This document shows, one piece after another, positions 9,819-19,211 of a stretch of DNA of 39,388 bases. The position numbers were made by a program, and so were the translations under genes. Source of the DNA: a virus (lineage: Duplodnaviria > Caudoviricetes). The stretch is from positions 1-39,388 of IMG/VR virus record IMGVR_UViG_3300020045_006357. One strand, 5' to 3'. Position 1 is the first letter of the stretch. Every line of letters starts with the position of its first letter. The notes under the pieces are model-generated. The model did no database searches. It worked only from the letters and a program-made list of their open reading frames with translations, and had not been told where the DNA came from.

Positions 9819-10027
9819 TCATTTACGCGCTCGGGAAGTCGGGCCACTCACGAACGGAAATTCTCTACAAAATGCACGCCGGATTAGTAAACCAACTCAT
9901 GGCCTGTTATTGGATGGATCAAGGCGTCGAGCTTCAATCCGCCGAGGAATCCGCCGCCGGATCGTCCGACATTCTGGAAACGATTGCCAAAATCAAGAAG
10001 CGCCCCAAACCTCAATTTGATTTCTAA
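9414..10027 (+). CDS. Tail assembly chaperone frameshift product (gpGT-like, -1 shift at 9761-9767)
   Basis: -1 frame open from 9767 to TAA 10025-10027 (TAGRGKPQ...KPQFDF), ending 2 nt before the tape measure ATG. Confidence 0.7.
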
Positions 10028-10029
10028 TC

Positions 10030-11427
10030 ATGGCCATCTCAACAAGCATCGTCCTCAAGTTTGCGGGTGCCGCCGTCCAGCGCGGGCTAGCATCTATCCG
10101 CAAAGGATTCTCATCCCTCGCCAGCGCCGGCAAGTCCGCGCTGTCGTCGCTGTTTAGCCCCCTGGCCAAACTCGCAGCGCTACTCGGACCCGCCGCGCTC
10201 ACGGCTGGGATTGTGAAGCTGACCCGTGACGCTTCGGGCGCGGCTGCTGGATTCGAGAATATGAAAAGCCAGTTTGAGCTTTTCACCGGAAGCGTTGCGG
10301 AATCGCAAAAGCTCATTGGGGACCTTAGAAAAATCGCCATCGATTCGCCGCTTGAGCTTTCGGATATTTCCGGCGGCGCGAGGATGCTTCTTACCTACGG
10401 GGTCGCGGCGGATGAGGTTGCGGACTCAGTTTCCAGGCTGTCGGAAGTTAGCGCTGGAGACGCTGAAAGATTCGGGCGGATTTCCTATGCATTCGGCCAA
10501 ATCTCATCCCTTGGGAGACTCATGGGAACGGAGCTTCGCCAGCTCACCGAGGCGGGATTCAATCCGCTTGAAAATATCTCAAAGCGCACAGGGGAGACGA
10601 TGCGGCAGCTTAAGGGCCGCATGGAAGAGGGTGGAATTGCAATCGATGAGGTGAAGCTAGCGCTCAAGGACGCAACATCCGAGGGCGGCAGATTTTTCGG
10701 GCTAAACGCGAAGATGGCGCAGACGTTCTCCGGTCGCGTATCAATGATGCGCGACCAGTGGGGAAGATTGCTAGTCGATCTTGGCACGGGTCTCAATAAT
10801 GGGCTGAAGGTCGCCGTTGACGCAATGACGGCGAACATGCCCGCTCTGTCAGACAGTTTCAAATTAGCGGGAGGGCTTATCGGCCCGGCGATTTCGGATG
10901 CCGTCAGCGGTGACATGGCGCGATTTGTTGCCATCGGTGAAATTATCGGGGACGCGATGATGGTTGGCATGAAGACGGCTTTCCAGTCTCTCGGTAAACA
11001 TGTGATCGTGGCGATGGACGACATGAAGGATGCTCTCATTTCGCCAATGGGTAAAGCTCGTAACAAATGGTCAACTATCGCTGAGTATGACCAGCGCAAC
11101 CCCGGAACTGCCACGGCATCGGACCTGCTTCAGCACAACATCGATCAGAGCGGGATAGCGGCAAAGTTCGCGGCGATGAAAAATAGCGCTGTCATCAGGT
11201 CAGAGGAAAACCCTGGATTCCGTATGGCGAACGGCGGAGAGAGGTCGATTTTTAACGACGCGGCAGGGCGCAAAATAATCCAATTCCTTGAAGGTGTAGC
11301 CCCAAATACAGGCGGGAAATTCCGCTATGCGAGGGATGGCGAGCGGTCGACTTTTACAGACGCGACAGGAAACAGGCTGATTCAAATCCTCACGAACATT
11401 GATAGGTCACTATCGCCGCAACCATGA
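10030..11427 (+). CDS. Tape measure protein (short)
   Basis: 465 aa; ISYAFGQISSLGRLMGTELRQLTEAGFN and SEGGRFFG match the tape-measure N-terminal domain pattern. Confidence 0.9.
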   Translation: MAISTSIVLKFAGAAVQRGLASIRKGFSSLASAGKSALSSLFSPLAKLAALLGPAALTAGIVKLTRDASGAAAGFENMKSQFELFTGSVAESQKLIGDLRKIAIDSPLELSDISGGARMLLTYGVAADEVADSVSRLSEVSAGDAERFGRISYAFGQISSLGRLMGTELRQLTEAGFNPLENISKRTGETMRQLKGRMEEGGIAIDEVKLALKDATSEGGRFFGLNAKMAQTFSGRVSMMRDQWGRLLVDLGTGLNNGLKVAVDAMTANMPALSDSFKLAGGLIGPAISDAVSGDMARFVAIGEIIGDAMMVGMKTAFQSLGKHVIVAMDDMKDALISPMGKARNKWSTIAEYDQRNPGTATASDLLQHNIDQSGIAAKFAAMKNSAVIRSEENPGFRMANGGERSIFNDAAGRKIIQFLEGVAPNTGGKFRYARDGERSTFTDATGNRLIQILTNIDRSLSPQP

Positions 11428-12263
11428 GCAGCAAGATATTCTTCCCACCGGGAAAAGCCCACATCCCGCAAGACGACTTCTCGACCAATCCGACCGAAAA
11501 TGGCGGATGGGAGGGAACCCAATCCTTCTTGATGAAGAAGTCCTCGCTAGTGAAGGGATCGCCTGTCGGCATCCTATTTACCCGCGGCAGGCCAATCATC
11601 GCCATTGATCCGAATTGCCCGGTCGCCTACAGCTTTCTAACGCTAAAGACGTTCAAGATCGTTGATCATGCCCCCGGCGTGGTCAAAGTGGATTGCACGT
11701 TCACCGGTTACGAGCCGTCCAGCAACAACGGCAGCTCTGGGGAGGATGAGGTAACGATTCCCACCTACTCCCTGCGCGGCAATCTGGAAGAGTCGCCGCT
11801 CGTGGACCACCCGAAATGGAAGAATCTGCCGGATGCGTCGAGAAATAATCTCGGGTTGCTGATGAACTATTCCGACCTAATCACCTTCGACATCACCGAG
11901 GGGAAATATGGTAAGGTGGATTCAGAGACCGGGGTTTTCACGGCGTTCACTTCATTCGACACGCCGACCGGAGACGAGGCGAAATTTGCACGACTAATCG
12001 CGCAGGGCAAGCCGACATACAAAGCCCCGTCTTGGACCTACAACGTGCGCACGGAAGGCTCGACGGGATTCACGGGTTCGCAGTTAGCCAAGCTCGGAAA
12101 GATCGTCAGCAACCCTCCCGGCAATCCGCAAAAGCCTGGCGCTGGCTGGACATGGCTCCTTGTCGGTCCTGACCAGCAGCAATCCGGCGAAAAGCGATTC
12201 TTCAAGGATCTGCAATTCCAAGTCATTCCCGATACTGATGAAAACCGATTCCTCTACGACTGA
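11424..12263 (+). CDS. Tail tip/baseplate protein
   Basis: 279 aa directly after TMP, coupled. Confidence 0.55.
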   Translation: MSSKIFFPPGKAHIPQDDFSTNPTENGGWEGTQSFLMKKSSLVKGSPVGILFTRGRPIIAIDPNCPVAYSFLTLKTFKIVDHAPGVVKVDCTFTGYEPSSNNGSSGEDEVTIPTYSLRGNLEESPLVDHPKWKNLPDASRNNLGLLMNYSDLITFDITEGKYGKVDSETGVFTAFTSFDTPTGDEAKFARLIAQGKPTYKAPSWTYNVRTEGSTGFTGSQLAKLGKIVSNPPGNPQKPGAGWTWLLVGPDQQQSGEKRFFKDLQFQVIPDTDENRFLYD

Positions 12264-12853
12264 TGATTGTTAAAGCGCGAGGAACCGTTACCGTGCCAAG
12301 GCTGCCTGCATCCATCGGCGCGGTTCTAGGATGGTGCCGGGATGTCAACCGGGCGATCCAACAGCTACGGGACCGGGCGATCGTCGTTTCCGGCGGCGGG
12401 GGGAGAGGCGGCGCGACCGGAAGCAATGGCTGCCCGTTCGGCGAGATCATCGACACGCCCGACAGCGACCCGCCAACCAAGTCCATCCGCGGAGGACTGA
12501 TGGTCTGCGGGGATAAGAATTTCAACGTGCCGGATTATGTGATCGGAGCCGGCGATGCAATAGGGCTGATCGAAATAAGCCTATCCGGCATAGATCCGGC
12601 GACCGACGACGACGACGAGATTTTCCTGTCTGGAGTCATCACGGCTAGCGGCACGCCAACATGGGCAGGCGTCACGACGGAAGCGGGCTACACGGACACG
12701 ACCAACCCAACCGACCCGACCGGAACAGGAACCATCATTGTCGGAATCGGAGCGCTAACCGTGGCTGACGGGGTTGTCACATTTTACCCAACGGGCTGCG
12801 GGACCATTCGCGTAGGCCAGTGCGCCGGAATTCTTTCATATAGCCGAGGATGA
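12263..12853 (+). CDS. Tail tip protein
   Basis: 196 aa Gly/Thr-rich, coupled. Confidence 0.5.
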   Translation: MIVKARGTVTVPRLPASIGAVLGWCRDVNRAIQQLRDRAIVVSGGGGRGGATGSNGCPFGEIIDTPDSDPPTKSIRGGLMVCGDKNFNVPDYVIGAGDAIGLIEISLSGIDPATDDDDEIFLSGVITASGTPTWAGVTTEAGYTDTTNPTDPTGTGTIIVGIGALTVADGVVTFYPTGCGTIRVGQCAGILSYSRG

Positions 12854-14229
12854 TCATTAGGACGAGTCAAGACGCCGCCGCGGTTGATTGTTGCGGATGC
12901 CTGCCGCCAACATGCGCCGAACCGCGCAAAGAGTGCGAATCAATCACCGGCACGGTCTCGAGCGTCGGTCATTTTAACCCGACCAACACCGAGTGGATCA
13001 TTTACCTGAAAAGCGGCACGAAGTCCGAACAGGGCGGCGGGCATACATCGGTTGACGGCAACACTGTTTATTCGACCAGCTCGTTTGAATCTTCCGGCAC
13101 GGAATTTGCCATTAATTTTTCCGGGTCCGTTGGTAGCGGGGAAGATTGCAAGGTGTGGGATTCCGGCGAAGAGGATTTTTGTGATACGTCTGGAACAACG
13201 ACCCTCAGCTACTACGACGGGGAGGGCGAGGACAGGGAACTAGCCACTCAATATGTCACTACCCGCGCCCTCCTTACCGGCGAGACCGATGAGCACCAGG
13301 AGTGGGAAACCGTACACCCAGACCCAGAGGGTGAGGCGGCGGATTACGCGGAAGCCCTGGCGGAATACAACGACGTTTCGCTGCCCGCTTACAACGCAGC
13401 AATGACAGCATGGTATGCCGATTATGCCGTCTGGATTGCCGATGGCGAGGTTGGCGATCCGCCAGTGGAACCGGTAGCGCCGGAAGCTCCCATAGAGCCG
13501 CCAGCGGAACCCGCGGAAAACTACGTCTGCGCGTGGGAGGACACGACATCCCTGAGCAACCCGAATGAGGATCCGCCGGTTTTCATCCCAGACTGGCAGG
13601 TCGAACGAAATCAGCCGCACACCACGATGCACGGAGCGCCTGGCGTCGATGTGGTTTATTCCGATGTTTACGAGGGGCCGTCAACTTATGCAGAATGGGT
13701 AGAGGCGACCCGCGCCGCCGTGCTTGCCGAACTGGACTTTACGAATGAGGCGTGCATAACCGGATCGGCCTGCACTTCGTCCTATGTTGTAACGGGCGAG
13801 CCGGAGGGAAGCGGCTCGATCATCCTCAGCGCGACGAAAGCCCGCTACCGATTCGGCGTTCCTGAGGATTTTTCGACAACCGAAGCCCCGCGCTCGACCT
13901 GGGAGATGCAGTGGGACGAAGTGTTTTTCCCAACTGGATACGATGACGAGATAGACGACCCAGAAGTCACCCCACCCGACCCGCTACCAGAGGGCTGGGA
14001 GCATCCACGGATTGCCGACCCTGAAGCGCCCGCACCGTCGCTCGTAGCGAGTCAGGAGTGGGTATGGGGCGGCAGCATGGAAAGCCCGTGGTCCCCATGG
14101 CTTGAAATCGACGTTCCGACAGAGGACGGCGAAACCCGCCCGGTCAACGCGATGGTGAAGTGCTACAAATCCACCCGGCTAGGCGTCAAACCCACCGCGA
14201 TCGGCGAAATCTACCCGCTGCCGGAATGA
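12850..14229 (+). CDS. Acidic, Cys/Pro-rich tail-associated protein
   Basis: 459 aa, N-terminal CCGC, very Asp/Glu-rich. Confidence 0.55.
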   Translation: MIIRTSQDAAAVDCCGCLPPTCAEPRKECESITGTVSSVGHFNPTNTEWIIYLKSGTKSEQGGGHTSVDGNTVYSTSSFESSGTEFAINFSGSVGSGEDCKVWDSGEEDFCDTSGTTTLSYYDGEGEDRELATQYVTTRALLTGETDEHQEWETVHPDPEGEAADYAEALAEYNDVSLPAYNAAMTAWYADYAVWIADGEVGDPPVEPVAPEAPIEPPAEPAENYVCAWEDTTSLSNPNEDPPVFIPDWQVERNQPHTTMHGAPGVDVVYSDVYEGPSTYAEWVEATRAAVLAELDFTNEACITGSACTSSYVVTGEPEGSGSIILSATKARYRFGVPEDFSTTEAPRSTWEMQWDEVFFPTGYDDEIDDPEVTPPDPLPEGWEHPRIADPEAPAPSLVASQEWVWGGSMESPWSPWLEIDVPTEDGETRPVNAMVKCYKSTRLGVKPTAIGEIYPLPE

Positions 14230-14408
14230 AATGGAAACGGCCAACGAAACGGATCCGCGGAGCCGGTGACCTCGTGGCGATCGTCGCACAACCCATCGCC
14301 GGAATGATCGACCGCATCGCCGGGACCGACCTCAAGAATTGCGGAGGATGCGCAAAGCGACGCGCAGACTGGAATCAGGCGATGCCTTTCGGGAAATCGG
14401 AACCTTGA
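14226..14408 (+). CDS. Small GAGD...CGGC protein
   Basis: ATG 14226 overlaps upstream stop; GAGDLVA...NCGGCAKRR motif. Confidence 0.6.
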   Translation: MKWKRPTKRIRGAGDLVAIVAQPIAGMIDRIAGTDLKNCGGCAKRRADWNQAMPFGKSEP

Positions 14409-14428
14409 CATTGCGGGGTGGTCACGCA
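14405..14428 (+). promoter_or_regulatory. Late promoter/operator motif copy 4
   Basis: TTGACATTGCGGGGTGGTCACGCA; starts 35 nt before ATG 14440; 23/24 identical to copy 1. Confidence 0.78.
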
Positions 14429-14439
14429 CTACCCCCGCC

Positions 14440-15309
14440 ATGACGGTTACGGGGACACAGGCGCGATTTGAACTGACCGGATCAGCGAATTTTGACGCCG
14501 TGCATGTGACCGGCAGCGCGATCATCGGCAGCCCGCTAACCACCCTCGCATACGCGACGCCGCCAGATATCATCTATTCGCTCGGCATGAAGATATCAGC
14601 CGGCAATCCGCTGGTGATCGACATGGAAACGGGGATCGTCACCGGCTCGGTTGCTGGGGTTTCGCAGGTCGAGACAGCTACGGTTATCTCAGCAGCCGGA
14701 ATAACCGGCGACGGCAACGCAACCGTTTCGATCACAGGTTCTGAGCTTGATCCATACACCGTGGTTTTGTCGGTTCCGGTGACAACCGCCGAAAGCACGG
14801 CGTCTCTCGTGGCCGCTGAGATCCGGTCATTCATGGCGACCGACGAATCCGCCGCTCAAATTTTGGAATTTTTTACTGTCGGAGGAACCGGCGCGGATAT
14901 CGTCATTACGAAGATTCTGGCAAAGTCTAACGATAGCGCGCTAAACATCGCAATCGCCAACGGCACATGCACGGGCATCACGTCAGCGCCAACATCAACC
15001 GATACAACTGCCGGGGTGTCTGCGTCATTCGCTTACCGAATCGCAGGCTCTCCATGGGAAGCTGTTGACGCTGGGGGCGTCCCGCTTGCCACGGCAACGA
15101 AGATTTACGCATTCCTCGCCATTTGCTCCGCCGCCCCTGGGACCACCGTTGATATTAACGCGTCGTCTGGATACTCGGTCAACGAGAAGACGCCGTTTGT
15201 CAAAATGGGGGTTAACTCATATGGAGATCACTCGTGGGCCGGGAGCACCGTGACGTTCAGCTCGGACGATGAAGTTTTAATCACCCTCGATATCCACGCC
15301 GGAACCTAA
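14440..15309 (+). CDS. Virion structural protein (Thr/Ser/Gly-rich)
   Basis: 289 aa beta-rich, QVETATV motif, own promoter. Confidence 0.55.
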   Translation: MTVTGTQARFELTGSANFDAVHVTGSAIIGSPLTTLAYATPPDIIYSLGMKISAGNPLVIDMETGIVTGSVAGVSQVETATVISAAGITGDGNATVSITGSELDPYTVVLSVPVTTAESTASLVAAEIRSFMATDESAAQILEFFTVGGTGADIVITKILAKSNDSALNIAIANGTCTGITSAPTSTDTTAGVSASFAYRIAGSPWEAVDAGGVPLATATKIYAFLAICSAAPGTTVDINASSGYSVNEKTPFVKMGVNSYGDHSWAGSTVTFSSDDEVLITLDIHAGT

Positions 15310-15668
15310 TGGACTGCCCCGAATCATTTTCCCCGCCCTATTTCGACGTTTTCCTGCCGATCGTCTCGGGCGACACTTACCCGGAAGGGATCCAGTTTGA
15401 CGAGGACGGAATCGACTGGGATCTGTCCCGCGTCACCATCGATTTTAAGCTCGATCCAGCGCAGGAAACGGAAAGCCTGAAACTCGATTCAGATACCGGG
15501 GGTGTGACGCTGCTGACGACATCGGCTAGCGGATGGGCATTCCTGATTCCGTCATTCGAGGTCACGCTTCCCGCTGGCGATTACATCTACCACGTCCGCG
15601 CATTTTTTGGCGACGATCACAAGCGCACGCTGCTTTCCGGCGTTTTCCAAGTCCAAGCATCCATCTAA
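15309..15668 (+). CDS. Tail fibre adaptor (BppU N-terminal-like)
   Basis: 119 aa; GDTY...DLS...GDYIYHV...TLLSGVF pattern; precedes the fibre gene. Confidence 0.6.
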   Translation: MDCPESFSPPYFDVFLPIVSGDTYPEGIQFDEDGIDWDLSRVTIDFKLDPAQETESLKLDSDTGGVTLLTTSASGWAFLIPSFEVTLPAGDYIYHVRAFFGDDHKRTLLSGVFQVQASI

Positions 15669-17875
15669 TGATTATCCACCGAAACAGCGAAATCATCAAT
15701 CTCACGGTCACGAAAACCGGGATGACGGGACCTCCTGGCGCAGCGTCTGACGGCGGCGGATCATTCGCGACCATCACCGGCGATCCGACCGACAACGAGG
15801 CGCTTGCCGAGGCTCTAGCCGAGGCCGGAACGGATCTGACCAGCGGCCCGGTCACCAGCTCTGGCGGCGTCTCGGCCATCGATGACGCCGCGCTATCCAT
15901 AGCGAAAACCAACGGCTTACAAACGGCGCTTGATGGAGTCGCTGAAACCAACGGAAAAACCGCCACCCTCGCCCGCTTCACCCAACTAACCGCTGGCGCT
16001 TTTGTGGCCAGTGGCGACTCGCCGGAAATCGGCGGCGTTTACCGTATCGCCAGTCAGAACACGGAACCACGGATGACGGTCCAGACCGGCGGCGGAATCG
16101 CCGGCAGCGGCACGCTCGCGGACGGCAACGGGCAACTCTACTATTTTGGAAATGATCCGGGAAAAACCTGCCGTTCCTATGTGTTTGAAGTGGAATACAA
16201 GCCGATCACCAGCGGAACCGGGATCGCCTCCGGGGTGATCACGTTCTCGTTTCACTCAAGCCCGGTGCTACCAGACACTTACCTCGGGTTACTTCCATTG
16301 CCTGCTGGAATGCTGCACATTCAAACGTCCGAAGGTGGCATTGGAGACTTACATTTCGGTTATGCCCATGCTCAAGGGGCAAATTTCACTGCTATTCCAG
16401 CCGTTGGTGAAACGGCATCTGGTGGAATTTATCTCTGGAATCCAGCAAACCCAACCGGATCACTTCCCCGCAATAAAAAATTCACCATCGAGTTTCAATT
16501 CGAGGGCGAGGAATGCCGAGTGATTTGCATGGGGAGGACCATGGTTTTCCGCTCGCCCCACATTGCGGCAGCGGCACCACGCTACTGGTTTTTTGAGTCC
16601 TGTGGAGCTGCCAGTAATTCAAATGCGGCATTTCCGGTGTTGCACTCGGTTGCCATCGACTCCGACAAGTGGCAGGCAAATGCGGAACAGTCACAGACCT
16701 TGCGGGAGTTTGTTATGGGATCTCCGCTTGAGCGCCCAATCGTTCAAGGCGGATCTGCGGCCACATCATCCTTGACCCTGAAAGCCACAAGCTCAGGTTC
16801 AGCGGCATCAGGGGCTTCAATTGCCTTGTTCGGCGGCTCCACCACTCGCGTCTTCACTGGCGCTTATAACGGATTTATGTCACTTGGTGACACCGCTCCA
16901 ATCAATACCATCGCGGCATGGCCGCGCATTCAGCTCTTGGGGTCGCAAACACAAGGCAGCGTGATGGTGACCAACTCGTTCACGCAGTCCGCGAATAAGG
17001 ATGCATCGATAAATTTCGGCCACTACACCGGACAGACATCAGGGCTAGTTGCGGGAATCCGGGTTACATCAACATCAGGCGAAACGATCACTTCTTACGG
17101 CGGATCAAATGCTTCTATCCCCGCCACAATGAGGCACTCGTTTTATACTGGCGCGACGACCACCACATACGGCGGCGGCACGGAGCGGATGCGGATTTCG
17201 TCGGATGGCGCAGTTGAGGTATTCGGGGCGCTTACGGCGGCATCGTTCCCATCCGCAAACCTTACCGGAGACATCGCCGCCGCCCGCATCGCCAGCGCGC
17301 TGGCTGGCGGGACTCTGCCGGTTAGCGCGACGACGATCGCGGCGAGTGGAATCATTGCCGCGCCAACGATCAAGGCCGCGTCTGGCGGCTTGTCCATCGT
17401 CACAAACGCAACCGGGCCATCAGGCGCTGGCAGCGTGCGGTTTGGAGGGGTGGCTATCAACACCCTCGAATCGTGGGGCGGCACAGCGGGGGGCGCGCTT
17501 TATATTTATTCAGAGGGAGCTCTGCGAATGCTTATTGGCGGATCTAGCGGGATGGTATTTTACCAAAATGCCTACCCCGACAGCACGGGGTTAACTCTTG
17601 GGCTTTCTGGGAAACGGTGGGGGACGATGTTCGGGACCGCAATCGACGCATCCGGCACCCTCGCCGTCACCGGCATTTCAAGCCTGACCGGCGGCATGCA
17701 ACTCGGCACGAAAACGGTCGGAACGCTGCCAACCGCGAGCGCGAATCCCTATCTGGAATTCGTCGTCACCGATTCGCTCGCTCCTGTTGTCGGATCAACC
17801 GTCGCATCTGGCGGAAGCGCAAAATGCAAAGTCATTTCCAACGGCACCGCTTGGCTAGTCTCAACCGTCCTTTAA
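15668..17875 (+). CDS. Tail fibre / receptor-binding protein
   Basis: ATG 15668 in ORF 15533..17875; GMTGPPG collagen-like start, ERMRISSDG fibre motif, Gly/Ser/Thr-rich. Confidence 0.75.
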   Translation: MIIHRNSEIINLTVTKTGMTGPPGAASDGGGSFATITGDPTDNEALAEALAEAGTDLTSGPVTSSGGVSAIDDAALSIAKTNGLQTALDGVAETNGKTATLARFTQLTAGAFVASGDSPEIGGVYRIASQNTEPRMTVQTGGGIAGSGTLADGNGQLYYFGNDPGKTCRSYVFEVEYKPITSGTGIASGVITFSFHSSPVLPDTYLGLLPLPAGMLHIQTSEGGIGDLHFGYAHAQGANFTAIPAVGETASGGIYLWNPANPTGSLPRNKKFTIEFQFEGEECRVICMGRTMVFRSPHIAAAAPRYWFFESCGAASNSNAAFPVLHSVAIDSDKWQANAEQSQTLREFVMGSPLERPIVQGGSAATSSLTLKATSSGSAASGASIALFGGSTTRVFTGAYNGFMSLGDTAPINTIAAWPRIQLLGSQTQGSVMVTNSFTQSANKDASINFGHYTGQTSGLVAGIRVTSTSGETITSYGGSNASIPATMRHSFYTGATTTTYGGGTERMRISSDGAVEVFGALTAASFPSANLTGDIAAARIASALAGGTLPVSATTIAASGIIAAPTIKAASGGLSIVTNATGPSGAGSVRFGGVAINTLESWGGTAGGALYIYSEGALRMLIGGSSGMVFYQNAYPDSTGLTLGLSGKRWGTMFGTAIDASGTLAVTGISSLTGGMQLGTKTVGTLPTASANPYLEFVVTDSLAPVVGSTVASGGSAKCKVISNGTAWLVSTVL

Positions 17876-17877
17876 TC

Positions 17878-18225
17878 ATGTCACAAATCATCTACACCAT
17901 CGCAATCGCTGACGGGCAATTCCAGGGCGCATCGCATCACACTGACGGGCAGGATGCCGCCCCTCTGGACCTGACTGCGCTCGCCGCAATCGTTCCGTCA
18001 ATCAACGCCGCGGCCGTCGAAAAGCTCGGCGTGATCGAAGCGCAACTGTCAGCGCTCGCCACGCTGCAAGCCACCATGACCGCCCATGTGACCGCTGTCC
18101 TGCAATCCCGCGACCCGGCGCAATACGAGGCGCTTGCAATCGAGTTTCTGACGCCGGAGCAAGACAGGATCCGTGCCGAAAAACTCGCCCAACTTGAGGC
18201 GCTGAAAACCGAACTCGGATTATGA
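17878..18225 (+). CDS. Hypothetical protein (possible fibre chaperone)
   Basis: ATG 17878 in ORF 17617..18225, between fibre and lysis genes. Confidence 0.55.
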   Translation: MSQIIYTIAIADGQFQGASHHTDGQDAAPLDLTALAAIVPSINAAAVEKLGVIEAQLSALATLQATMTAHVTAVLQSRDPAQYEALAIEFLTPEQDRIRAEKLAQLEALKTELGL

Positions 18226-18785
18226 AAGCCATCCTCGCCATCTGCCTGCTTATCGCGTCATGCGCGCCGAAAGCCATCATTGTCGAGCCGATCGCCCCCG
18301 CCGTGGTCCGCGCTCGAGCGGAGGTTCGTGCTGCGGCCGTCAGCTCCGAGCGACTGCAGGAGTCGGTCTCAAAGGTTGACTCTGGAATCCATTCGGCTGC
18401 TGCAGTAATTTCGATGGCGCTCAAATCATCCGAGCGGCTTTATGCTGCAGGAATCGCCACACCTGCAGAGCTGCATGATCAGTGGCGTGCGATGGTGGGG
18501 CTGCAGTCAGCGGTTGCTGCAGTAGTTGCCGACAGCGAGGCGGCGACCCGTAACGCCACGGAACAAGCATTCCTCCGCCGGGTATCCGACAAGAGCATGG
18601 ATGCGCTGGTCCCTGTTGCGGTCAAGGCTGACAAGCAGGCTGTCGAGTCCGCAACCGCCCTCGCTAAACAGGCCGACAATGCCGCGCTCGGCAAGGCGAT
18701 GAAGTGGCTTTTCTGGATCGCCATCGCAGCAACCATCATCGGCGGGGTTGCCATGCTCGCCGTTCGATTTCTCAAGCCTATCTGA
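18222..18785 (+). CDS. Lipoprotein with C-terminal TM, unimolecular-spanin topology
   Basis: MKAILAICLLIASC lipobox; helical periplasmic region; C-terminal TM WLFWIAIAATIIGGVAMLAV; lysis cassette position. Confidence 0.65.
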   Translation: MKAILAICLLIASCAPKAIIVEPIAPAVVRARAEVRAAAVSSERLQESVSKVDSGIHSAAAVISMALKSSERLYAAGIATPAELHDQWRAMVGLQSAVAAVVADSEAATRNATEQAFLRRVSDKSMDALVPVAVKADKQAVESATALAKQADNAALGKAMKWLFWIAIAATIIGGVAMLAVRFLKPI

Positions 18786-18788
18786 TTT

Positions 18789-19211
18789 ATGACTACGCCT
18801 CCCTCGTTCAATTTCTCGGAATACGTGATTCCGTTTCTCATCACCCAGACCAACGCCGGGATTGCCTTCATCCTCACCGAAGGGATGTTTACCGTGCTCG
18901 TCGTGCAGTTCTTCACGGTGCTCCTGTTCGTGCTCAAGGATGTGTCGGATAGGCGAACCCGCAAGGAAGAGAGGGACGAGCGCAAGGCCGATAGGGAGGC
19001 TGCGGTAGTCGCCCGGAAAACGATCAACGAAAAGATCGACGACAACACGGTCATGAATGCGACCGCGCTCAATGCTGCCAACGGACTCAAGGCGGAAATC
19101 GCCGACTCCATCAAGCTGGTGGAGACCGCCGCAACCCTCATCTCTCAGCCGCAGCAAACCAAACCGCTCGGGGATTCCGCTGAAAACCCCGTCCACACGA
19201 TAACGCCATGA
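18789..19211 (+). CDS. Putative holin
   Basis: N-terminal hydrophobic segment(s) followed by charged tail; directly upstream of endolysin. Confidence 0.55.
   Translation: MTTPPSFNFSEYVIPFLITQTNAGIAFILTEGMFTVLVVQFFTVLLFVLKDVSDRRTRKEERDERKADREAAVVARKTINEKIDDNTVMNATALNAANGLKAEIADSIKLVETAATLISQPQQTKPLGDSAENPVHTITP

Noticed and set aside
9802-10020. 72-aa ORF in the track before the tape measure as gpT
   Set aside because: It is in the +1 frame relative to gpG; the -1 frame (9767-10027) follows the slippery site and looks more protein-like
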